Source of the DNA: Piromyces finnis finn
Taxonomy: Eukaryota > Fungi > Neocallimastigomycota
DNA: 64,000 nucleotides
Direction of reading: 5' to 3'
NCBI GenBank assembly: GCA_002104945.1
Contig: MCFH01000017.1
Location: forward strand, 744,001-808,000
In this document: positions 42,734 through 59,340 of the stretch, piece after piece
Layout: each line of letters starts with the position of its first letter
Numbering within the stretch: the first letter of the stretch is position 1
Position numbers and translations under genes: made by a program
The notes under the pieces: generated by a model
The model's database searches: none
What the model was told of the DNA's origin: nothing
What the model saw: the letters and a program-made list of their open reading frames with translations, nothing else

Positions 42734-44580
42734 CCTTGATTTATACCACACCAGACATTGATGCCATAAAAATTTTTTATTTGCTTAGCTTTATCAGGAT
42801 TCAAGATAATCTTCCTAATAATGAATTCTAGACTATTGATAATATATCAACACTATAATCTAATATATGATCTAATATATTATTTAAATTTAATCATTTG
42901 AGTTTTCAAGTTTACCACTTTTCAATTTGGTTTTAATATAAGGAAATTATTGAATGGATTGTTATTACATATATAACAATATGTTGATAATATATTGATA
43001 CATGAATATCTATAGCTAATAGCTATTATTGGTATATGATTGAAATATATCATTAATATATTAATATATACAGTAATATATTTATAATTTTATTTATATT
43101 ATATCTCATTAAAATTATATAAATTAAAGTTTTTAATTGATGGTGATATAAATGTTTATTTTTAAGCTTTTAATCTTCATTTAACTTTAATATATTTTAT
43201 ATATATAAACATATATTAGAATATATACATAATATATTGTAAAGGTAAAAATAATTTAATGGAATGCTATCATTTATTTTTAATCAACAAAATTTGATAA
43301 TTATTTTCAATTGGAAACTGGGAACCTATATTAACAATATATTATAATATATTATATAATATATAGATTTTATATACAAATATAATATATAAATATAACA
43401 TATATTATTAATAAATCATATATAATATAGATAATATGTAATATAATATATTATGTTTTGTTTATAGTTTCATATAATATATGATGATATGAATAGCTTT
43501 TATTTTTATATATTGTCAACATATTTTATATATATTTGAGTATAATGAAAATATATAGGCATTCACTCACCTTTTATGGAAATTAAAAAAACTATTATTT
43601 TTAATCGTATGTATTATTAATAAATGAACTTATTTATTAATTAATATTAAATATTATATTGATACATATATTGTTAATACTATTTATAATATATTAGAAT
43701 AAATCCTTTTTACCATTCTTGTTTTTAGTAAGAATTTTTATGGGCCAAGGTTTTATTTTCTGCCATTTTTTAGGAGAAATTAATAAAGTAAGTGAACAGA
43801 TATAAATTAAATAAATCTAGTAAAATAAATGAATAAATAATTAGAAATTAAATAAATAATTAGAATAAATTTTTTTAATTTAATAAATACTAAATAAATT
43901 ATTAATTCAATAAAATTAATAATTTATTAATAATAAATAATAAATAATTAAATGAATGATAAATAAATAATTTATAAAGTATTCTAATTTTTTTTTTTTT
44001 TTTCATATATAAAGTTTGAAAAGGAAGTCTAAAAATTTTTTTTTTTTCTTACGCTTCAATTAAACATTAAAAAGGGAATTAAAAAATTTATAAAAAAAAA
44101 AAAGAAAAATATATAAAATTTAAAAGTAGTGTGAACCTTAAGAATTTTATATATAAAAAAAAAGAGAGAAAGAAAAAAAAGAAGGAAAGAAATATAAAAT
44201 AAAAGAACTCAATCTTCTCAATCTAAAACATTAAAAAGAACCCAATTTGTCAATTTTTTTTTTTTTTTATTTTATTCTTTCAAAACTCTTTTTTTTTTAT
44301 TATTATATTCAATTTTGAAATTTAATAGAGAAATACAGCACTAAAAAAAAAATAGTTTCTTAGTCAAACAAGGAAGAAAAAAAAAAGCACTAAAAATAAA
44401 TTTATTAATTTATTGACCTGTTGTGTATATATAAAAAGGTTAAACACATTGAAAACAACTAATTATTAAAAGTTTTATTTTTGTTACTAAATAAAAAATC
44501 AAAAGGAAATTTAAATAAGAAGAAAAAAAAAAATCTATTCTATTTTACAATTAATTTAATTTTTTTTTTTTTACAAAAAG

Positions 44581-44696
44581 GTAAGTTTTTTTTTTTTTCA
44601 CTAAACGACAATTAATAAATATTATTGATTATATTAATAATAATAAACAAGAATGTTATTTAGCAAGTATTAATAAAATTTATATATATTATATAG
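44581..44696 (+). other. Probable 5'-UTR intron of the 200-aa gene
   Basis: AAG|GTAAGT donor at 44581 and ATAG acceptor ending at 44696, 13 nt before the ATG at 44710. Confidence 0.55.
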
Positions 44697-44709
44697 TTTA
44701 TATATCAAA

Positions 44710-45312
44710 ATGCTTGTAGCTGAATCACCAATAGAACGTATTCCTTTCCAAAAGAGTAACGTATATTCTCCAAGAAATTCTAGTTCTGGATCTTCTTCAC
44801 CAGTATTTAACAAATCCCGTGTTATTTCCGCTAACCCAACAGCTAAACAATTAGCAGCCTATGCTGCCTATGGTTCATTTTCACATCAATCTCTTTCTAG
44901 AAATGGATTTGCTACTGGTCCTTACTTTAGATATTGGCAAGATTTATTTGATCTTAGACCAAGTCGTTTAGTATTTGCTATTACTCTTGTCTACGAAATT
45001 TTAGGTAAAAAGGAAACCCCATCTTTCCTTATGAAATATGGTGATGATAAATTCGATTGGTTACATCCAACTATGCCATTAGGTTCAATGTATGAACGTT
45101 CCGTTGGACCAACTCAACCACCATCCACTGTTGAAATGTTATATACTTGTGGTGCTGCTTCATGGTGTAATGGTGATGCTGCTTATCTTATGAAATTCAC
45201 CAGAAATGCTGATGTCTATGCTAAAGAATTAGAATTAGAAAAGAAAGGTGAAAATGAAATTTTAGACAGAAACATTTTAATTCGTGCTGTTGCTGCTATT
45301 TTAGATCTCTAA
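44710..45312 (+). CDS. Hypothetical 200-aa protein with an intronless CDS and strong optimal-codon bias; function unknown
   Basis: A clean 603-nt ORF, much less AT-rich than its flanks. Codons are heavily biased (GCT, GGT, CCA, TTA, AGA/CGT) like NFS1 and RPN1 in this window. AAAATG start context. Confidence 0.85.
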   Translation: MLVAESPIERIPFQKSNVYSPRNSSSGSSSPVFNKSRVISANPTAKQLAAYAAYGSFSHQSLSRNGFATGPYFRYWQDLFDLRPSRLVFAITLVYEILGKKETPSFLMKYGDDKFDWLHPTMPLGSMYERSVGPTQPPSTVEMLYTCGAASWCNGDAAYLMKFTRNADVYAKELELEKKGENEILDRNILIRAVAAILDL

Positions 45313-46926
45313 ATTAAAACTATTAGCTTTACTCTTTTTTATATACCCATATTTAATTTACCCCTTTACTTATTTAACGTATTATTAATCAAGACGAAAA
45401 AAAAAGCAACACAATTTTTTTAGGATGATTAAAAATATATGGATTCGTAATTATTTATAGAGATAAAAGAAGAAGAAGAAGAAATAATATCGATATAATC
45501 ATTTCTTCTTCCCAATTTCATGGATATAATAAACATTATTACTATTTATTTATAAAAAAGAGAAGAGTGGCACTAAATATATAAACAATCATTCATCTAA
45601 TTATCAACAACCAAAAAAAAAAAAACTCTACTTATGAAGACATTAAATATTATAAATATACCAAAGCCTTACATTTTAGAGAAAAAAAAAAGTAATCCTC
45701 TTTTTTTTTTTTAAAAGAAAAAATAGATATTATTTAACTACGCAAACGTCATTAGCATATTTTTCTTAATATAATATAATAACTACCCTCTTTTTATAGT
45801 TGTTTAAAATATTATTTTCAAAAAGATTTTTTAATGGATATCGTTATCACAAACATATATATTATTAGAAAAGGAATAATTGAAAAATTATTTTTGAAAA
45901 TGATGGATATATATTTTAATTATTATTAAAAAAAAAAGCTTTAATTTTTTTAATATTTTCATTATTTAAAACTTATAAATTTTAAGTAGTGGTATAGTGT
46001 GTAATATATTTTTATTTATTTTTATTTTAAATGGTTATGTTTTTTTTTTTTCTTTTATAAATTACTTTTTATAGTATAAATGCTAGTCATATCGACTTTT
46101 AAACTTTTATAAATTATAGAATTTCATTTTATAGGATATATTTATATTTTTAAACTTTATATTTCTTAAAAAAAAATGTAAAAAAAAAAAAAAAAAAATG
46201 AAAGAAAAAAAACCACTTTAAATAGAAAAAGATAAAGTATTTTTAGTATAAAAAAGTATTATTTTAATAAAGAAAAAGATAACATTAAAAGAATTAGACA
46301 ATAACAACAAAAATCTTTCTGATGTTTTATTCCTTTTAATAGTTTTGTTTGTTTGTTTGTTTTATAAATTGAATATTCATACCATCCCCTCAACCACCCT
46401 TTTTTTTATTTATTTATAAAGAAACTAATTATGAATCGATGAAACTAATCTATTTCTATTTATTTTATTTCATTTTTTAAAAATATATATATATATATAT
46501 CATTATTATGATGAATGAATGTACCAACCACTAACCACTACCACATCACCACCATCTTTTTTTTTTATCACTATTACTCACTTATTCATCAGTACCTACA
46601 ACCAACTATTAATTCAATGAAATACCCTACTCAACCAACACTTTTTCTTATTCACCTTAAAAAAAAAAGATAATATTTTAATTTTTCTTTTCATTCTTCT
46701 TCATACAAACAAATCATTGGATATATCATCAATTTATAAATAATAATAATTATATACAACGATCTATAAAAAAAAAAAAAAAGAATCTTTTTTTTTATAT
46801 ATACATTTTAGTAACTTTAATCCAATATCACCAACCAACGGATCATAATAAATATATACCCTAATAATTTATAATATTAAAAAAAAAAAAAAATAATAAT
46901 ATATATATAAATAGTTGTACCATAGG

Positions 46927-46958
<32 letters not shown>

Positions 46959-49136
46959 ATTCATCTAATAATTATTAGGAATATAAAGTGAAAGGGAAAG
47001 AAGGAAATAGCATGATCTAATTCTTTTCAAGTTTATGTTCACAACTACTACTACTACCATAAGATTGCACATACAAAAAAAAAAAAAAATCATCATCATC
47101 ATCATTTCTATTTTATATATCTATTATAATTTAAAGCCAAAAACAAAAAATACAAAAAAAAAAAAAGTACGACTACACTCTATTACTACTACTACTACTA
47201 TTTGTAATAGTTAAAAAAAATAGTAATAGTAATAATAATTTAATATTTAAAAGTCAACAACAATGGACAAGTTTAATAATATTTTTTTTTAGAAAAAAAA
47301 AACTTATTATAAAAAAATGAGTTTTAAAAATAATTTAATTTATTTAATGAAATTATATAAAAATATATTTTAAACTGTTCTTTCCATTTTTTTTTTATTA
47401 TTATTATTTTATTTCTCTTTAATTTTTCTTATATCCTTCTTAAACTTTTAATTTAATCTTTCTTCTTCTATCTATCTTTATTATTTTATTTTTGTTCTCT
47501 TTTTTCTTTAAAAAAAAACGATTTATTTATTCATTTATTTTAACCAATTTTTTTTTAAAAAAAAATAGTTATACATTTATAAAATTTAATAATATATAAA
47601 TATAAAAAAAAAACTATCATCTTATAAAAAAAAAAAAAAAAAAAAAAAAAGAAATCAACTAATATCGTTAAAAAAAAATACTTTAGCTAATAATAATGAT
47701 AATAATAATAATATATATATATATTTTTCTTTTTTTTTTTTGTATATATATATACAAAATAGTAGAATGATAGAATTTTTTTTTTTTTTTTTTTCAATAA
47801 TAATTAAAAAAAAATTGGAAGGAATAGAAATCAAATATATATAATATATAATATAAAAAAATTGAAAACTGAAAAAATAAAAGCAAATAATATAAATAAT
47901 AATAAAAATGATTCCTTTTTTTTTTTTATATACATTTATTCATTTAAATGTTAAAGAGTTTTATAAAGAAATAATTTTTTTTTTATACTATAAAAAAAAC
48001 TTTATAAAAGATTATGTTATGACATAGTATAATGTTTGTTTATTTGTTTTTTTTAAGCATTGTAAAAACTAATTAAATAGAAAAAAAAGGGGTTTCATTT
48101 CTAGAGTTTTTGTTTTAATTTTATTTTCAAAAAAAAAAAAAAAAAAAATATTGAACAAAATAAAAAAGGAATTTCGAGATAATTAAAACTTTTATTAGTA
48201 ATCGGTAATAGTAATAGATAACTATTTTATAAATTTAAAAAAATAATAATAAATAGAAATATATTAAATACTTTATTAAATCACATCACTTTTAAATAAG
48301 AACAAAAAACACACACATAAATAAAACTTTTTTTTTTTTTAATATTTTTTTTTTTCTTTATAATTTATTATTTAAATAAACATTAAACTATAATATATAT
48401 ATTTAAAATTTAAAATAAAATGGTTGTATAAGCTTTATTATTGTTGTTGCTTTTATCGTTGTTATTTTGTAAAAAAAAAAAAATCTTTTTTCTCTATCTT
48501 TTTTTTTTATTATTATTATTATTATTTATTTATCTCATTATTGTTTTATTTTTTATAATATATCGTAGGTATAGAAGAAATACATACTTTTTTTTTTAAT
48601 TTACTATAAAATAATTTGAAATTTATTTTATTTTATTATTGTTATCGTAAAAAAAAAAAAAAAAAAAAAAAAGGTTTGAATTTTTTTTTTTTTTTTTTTT
48701 TTTTGGCATAACAATAATCAAGATAGAGATATATTTTAGATATATTTTTATTTTTATTTATTGATGATAATGATGATGGATGAAACGTGATATAAATTAT
48801 TTATAAGAGAAAATAAAAGGTTTTAAGTTTTAATTTTCTTTTTTTCCTTATGGGATGGTATATTTTTATTAGCCATAATATTCATATATATATATATTTA
48901 GATTTATATAAACCAATTTTTTGTATATTCAGTAAGATAATCATTTATAGATATATAGATATATAGTTTATAAAATAGGATTAATTATGGTAATTCTTTA
49001 AATATTGATTATATAAAGTATATGTAAAGATAGTGTTTTTTGTTTTTTTGTTTTTTTTGTATTTTTTTTTTTCTTTCTTGTTAATATTCTTTTATGTTTC
49101 AGGTATACTTTTTAATTTTTCTTTTTTTGTTCTTTT

Positions 49137-49183
<47 letters not shown>

Positions 49184-49372
49184 TGATTACTTGATAGCTA
49201 TTAGCAACTTTCTTTTTTATTCCTTTATTTTTTTTTTTGAAGCGCTTCATTACTTTTTCCACAACTTCTTTCTATAATACTTTTGAAATCAAAGGATAAA
49301 AAAAAAAAAAAAAGGAAAAATTAAACCTTTCGCCGCCGGAAAAAAAAAATTGTTGATACAACCGACGACCAT

Positions 49373-54484
<5,112 letters not shown>

Positions 54485-55411
54485 GCTTTATAAAACAAAA
54501 TATATATTATAAATATATATTATAAATTATAGTTTTTTTATTTAATAACATTGATAAAGAATAACATAATAATAAAAAGTATATTTATTTTTAATTTATA
54601 TTTCTACTTATAACTTACTTATTTTATAAGTTTAACATATGTTATGATTTCATTTTTGATTATAAAAAAATATTTCTAATAAAAAAAAAATATTAATTAT
54701 ACTATATTCTTTGTTTGAATTAAAAGATTTGCTATTTCCTGATGTATTTTTTTTTTTTGTTTCGTTTTGTTTTGTTTTGTTTTTTAAATATTATAATATA
54801 ATTATAAAATTTATACTTTAAAAAAAAAAAAAAGGAAAGCGATTTCCTTTATACTTTTATTATATAAAATTGTAACTTTAAAAAATATATATATATATAT
54901 AAAATTTATTTATATATTAAAATTAAAAAAAATTTTCGAATCTATAAAATATAAAAATAATCCTAATAACAAAAAATAAAAAACAACTTCATTTGTATTT
55001 AACTTTTATATTTGTTTCTATTATTTTTCGTTTTATTATTGTTATTCTTATTAGCATTTTACTAAATTCATTATGAATATATAGTATATTAATTCAATTA
55101 ACCTTGCAATATTAGTAGTTGTAATAAGTTGTCTAACTATAATGTTACTATTCTTTTTTTAAAAAAAAAAATTAAGTCTTGCTTTAATTTAAACTTTCAA
55201 CACTTTACTAGCCTTTATATATATATATATATATATATAATATAATGATAAATATTTAATAATATTTTTTTTATCATAAAATATAAATAATAATATTATT
55301 ATTAATATCATAAGTTTTATTATTAATAATAAAAGAAACTATGAATTTTTCATATTCTAATTAAATATTATTAAATATAAATTCTCTATATCTCTAGATA
55401 TGCCTATATTA

Positions 55412-55442
<31 letters not shown>

Positions 55443-55573
55443 TATATATATATATATATCTTTAATTCATTTATATTTCATAAAGATATAATAATGTTAT
55501 TTAAGCATATATAATAATATACAAAATACGAATTTTATTTCTTGAAAAAGAATTTTTAAAACTCCTACTATGG

Positions 55574-55586
55574 AAAAAATAAAAAT
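55574..55586 (-). terminator. Pol III oligo-T terminator of tRNA-iMet
   Basis: The minus strand reads TTTTTATTTTTT a few nt after the discriminator base. Confidence 0.7.
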
Positions 55587-55590
55587 TTAT

Positions 55591-55662
55591 TAGCAGCGGT
55601 ATGTTTCGATCATACGACCTGTGGGTTATGAGCCCACCACGCTTCCACTGCGCTACGCTGCT
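55591..55662 (-). tRNA. Initiator tRNA-Met (CAT), intronless
   Basis: Reverse complement AGCAGCGTAGCGCAGTGGAAGCGTGGTGGGCTCATAACCCACAGGTCGTATGATCGAAACATACCGCTGCTA has the A1:U72 pair, three G:C pairs in the anticodon stem, CAT anticodon and GATCGAAA T-loop typical of eukaryotic tRNA-iMet. Confidence 0.97.
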
Positions 55663-55676
55663 TCTTGTTAGATTTT

Positions 55677-56783
55677 TGATACGCTACTCACATAAAAACG
55701 TAATAAAAACTAGCCGAATAAACACGACTTAACCCATAGCGACTTATAATAAAAATAAAAGATAATAACCCTTAAAAATGAATAAATAATAATTTTATGG
55801 AAATATAACCCTTTCTTTTAAATAAATAATATTCTCTTTATTAAATAATAAATTATGAATAAAAACGACTTAATAGAGATAATAATAAAATAAATTATTA
55901 AATAAAATAAAACGACTCAATCCAAAAATGTATTAAAATAATAAAATAATAATAAGTAAATAAAAATGAATAAATAAACTAAAAAAATAAAATGATATAC
56001 ATTAAATTATTAATTCTAGTGTTTTATCCAAGTGTTCTTTAGAAATTCTTTCAAACTTATATATATAAATTAACAAATAAATAACTGAGTAATTATTACT
56101 AAAAGTGATTAATTTAAAGCCTGGAAATAGAACAATAATAACAATTTTAAAGATAAAATACAGAACTCTTTTATGTTTCTGTATAAAATGTGTTTATATT
56201 AATTGATACTTTTAATATTTGATTTTATTAATTTTATTTCAATTTTTATTTTAATTTTTATTTTAATTTTATTTTAATATTATTTTAATTTTAAATTTTA
56301 ATTATTTTATTCAAGGTATTATACATTTAATGATAGTTAATGATAATTTATAATAGTTTTTCTAATTTTAAACATTTTGAAGTAATAAGAAAATCAAATA
56401 AGTAATATTCTATAACATTTTTATAATATTAAGACATAATTTTAATTTATTCTTTAATTTTAATAAATAATCACAATAGTAATAATATTTAATAGTTAAA
56501 AATAATAATACATGTAATAAATGAAAAATGTATAAAAAGAAGATAAAATTCTTCTTTATAAAAAGGGGGACAATAAATAGACAATAAATAAAATTATAAA
56601 TATAATAAAGAGATAATTTAAACATAATAAAAAGAGTTTATTTTCGAGTTTTTGAGTGATTTATTTGTTAATTATAAAACATATTTTATTTTATTTTAAA
56701 TTTATTGTTTCATCATTATAATATAGAATTTATTATTTATTAAAAACATTATATTATTCACAAATATATCGGTCAACGCATCA
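55677..56783. mobile_element. Element A (1107 bp): solo-LTR-like or MITE-like, TGAT...ATCA termini, 14 bp upstream of tRNA-iMet
   Basis: Begins TGATACGCT and ends AACGCATCA (imperfect inverted termini), flanked by T-runs. About 90% identical by eye to 58194-59340. No coding capacity. Confidence 0.7.
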
Positions 56784-56786
56784 TTT

Positions 56787-58120
56787 TGATAAATAATGAA
56801 ATTAATAAATATAAAATTATTATTATACCTGATTTTTAAGTTAATCCTAAAAGTAACTTAAAACAAGTTATAGTTTAATTAAGTACTTTACCAAAATTCT
56901 TAAATAAAATTAATCCTAAACACTGCATATGTTTTGATTATTGAAAGAAAATAATAAACTTTAATTAATCGAGATCAAAATATATAACTTTTGTTAAATT
57001 AATTGTTAAATTAAATGTTTAATAACTTCGTTAGTAAATTACACTTTAAAAGTAAACAAATATAATAATTCATGTTATAAAATAATATAATTAAACACTT
57101 TTATTAAAATACTAAAAATAATTATTACTTTAATTAATTGTAAAATAAACAACTTTTTATATTCTTTAACTTTTAATTATTTCTTTTATTGTTATTTCTA
57201 ATTACTTTTATTGTAAATAGTTATTAATTTTATTGTTTTAATGTAAATAGTTTAAATTCAAAAGAAAATATAAATACATGTAAATATTCTTATTTTAATC
57301 ATTATTATTATTATTAATAAAGAAATATTATATAGTTAGATTAATATTTTATAATTTTAATAATCACTTTTATACTTAAATAAATAAAAAATTTTAAATA
57401 TTTAAATATTAGAAAAACAAGTGTTTCTAATAAAACAATTTAGTGTTTTAACAAAACAATTTTATTAATTTTTATAAAAACGATTTTAAATCTTAATCAA
57501 TATAACTTATATAGTTATAACAAAAGATATAATATAATAATCACTTTTTGAAGTAAAATTCAAAATTAAGATTATTATCAAATTATATCAATTTTGTGAT
57601 ACGAAGAAGATATTATCTTAATTCTATAAATGAATATAGAAAGTGATAATATTTGTATCTAAAATTTAATAAATAAAAATAAATAAGAAAATAAAAATAG
57701 AATAAATGATTTTTATACTTGTTCATTTGCAAGTCTTTGTTAGTTTAAAATATAAAATTATTTTATTTAATTATAAAGTTTTAATATTTAATAACTCTTG
57801 TATTATTAAATATATATATGTTATGGTTTAATACATCTTGAATGTATGTAAATATAATCACAACTATTATTTTAATAAAATTTAATATTATTATCTAATT
57901 TTACTGGATTATTAGGAACATCTTTTAAAATAAAATAATTCTATCACTATTTATACAAAATTATTATTTTAAAGTATAATTATAAACAAATATAAACTAT
58001 TTAATTTAAAAATAAATAAACAATTAAATAGACAAAAAGTTTACATTTATAGCTTTTAATTTAATAATTTTATACATGTTAATTATTTTAATTTTCAACT
58101 ATCTGTGTTTTAATATTATA

Positions 58121-58159
<39 letters not shown>

Positions 58160-58191
58160 AATTCATAATTTATAAATTTAATTATTTATCA
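56787..58191. mobile_element. Element B (1405 bp) with 24-bp imperfect terminal inverted repeats and TGAT...ATCA termini
   Basis: The left end TGATAAATAATGAAATTAATAAAT and the reverse complement of the right end TGATAAATAATTAAATTTATAAAT match at 22/24. It fills the gap between A and A' exactly. Confidence 0.55.
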
Positions 58192-58193
58192 TT

Positions 58194-59340
58194 TGAAATA
58201 CGCTACTCATATAAAAACATAATAAAAACTAACTGAACAAACATGACTTAACCCATAGTAACTTATAATAAAAATAAACGATAATAATCCTTAAAAATGA
58301 ATGAATAATAATTTTATGAAAATATAACCCTTTCTTAAATAAATAATATTATCTTTATTATATAATAAATTCTGAGTAAAAACGACCTAATAGTGATAAT
58401 AATAAAATAAATTATTAAATAAAATAAATTATTAAATAAAATAAATTATTAAATAAAATAAAACGACTTAATCCAATAATGTACTAAAATAATAAAATAA
58501 TAATAAATAAATAAAAATGAATAAATAAACTAAAAAAAATAAAATGGTATACATCAAATTATTAATTCTAGTGTTTATCCAAGTGTTCTATAGAAATTCT
58601 TTTAAACTTATAAATCAATAAATAACTAATTGAGTAATTATTACTAAAATGATAAACTTAAAACCTGGAAATAGAACAATAATAACAATTCCAAAGATAA
58701 AATACAGAACTCTTTTATGTTTCTGTATAAAATGAGTGTTTATAATAATTGATACTTTTAATATTTTAATTTTGTTAAATTTTTATTTTAATTTTATTTT
58801 AATTTTATTTTAATATTATTTTAATTTTAAATTTTAATTATTTTATTCAAGGTATTATACATTTAATGATAGTCAATGATAATTTATAATAATTTTTCTA
58901 AATTTAAACATTTTGAAGTAATAAGAAAATCAAATAAGTAATATTCTATAATATTTTATAATACTAAGACATAATTTTAATTTATTCTTTTAATTTTAAT
59001 AAATAATAACAATAGTAATAATAACATTTAATAGTTAAAAATAATAATACATGTAATAAATGAAAATGTATAAAAGGAAGATAAAATTCTTCTTTATAAA
59101 GGGCGGACAATAAATAGAGAATAAAAAGACCATAAACAGATAATAAATAAATTATAAAATATAATAAAGATTTAATTTAAAACATAATAAGAGTTTATTT
59201 TCGAGTTTTGAGTGATTTATTTGTTAATTATAAAACATATTTTTATTTTATTTTAAATTTATTGTTCCATCAAAATAATATAGAATTTATTATTTATTAA
59301 AAACATTATATTATTCAAAAATATATCGGTCAACGCATCA
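58194..59340. mobile_element. Element A' (1147 bp), a second, more decayed direct copy of element A
   Basis: Colinear with A end to end (TGAAATACGCTACTC...TATATCGGTCAACGCATCA). It carries extra copies of an 18-bp unit (about 58400-58465) and several CpG transitions. Confidence 0.75.

Noticed and set aside
55677-59340. A-B-A' as one intact LTR retrotransposon
   Set aside because: There is no gag/pol ORF, no PBS (the tRNA-iMet PBS would be TGGTAGCAGCGG) and no polypurine tract at the inner junctions. B has its own inverted termini, and A and A' have decayed unequally.
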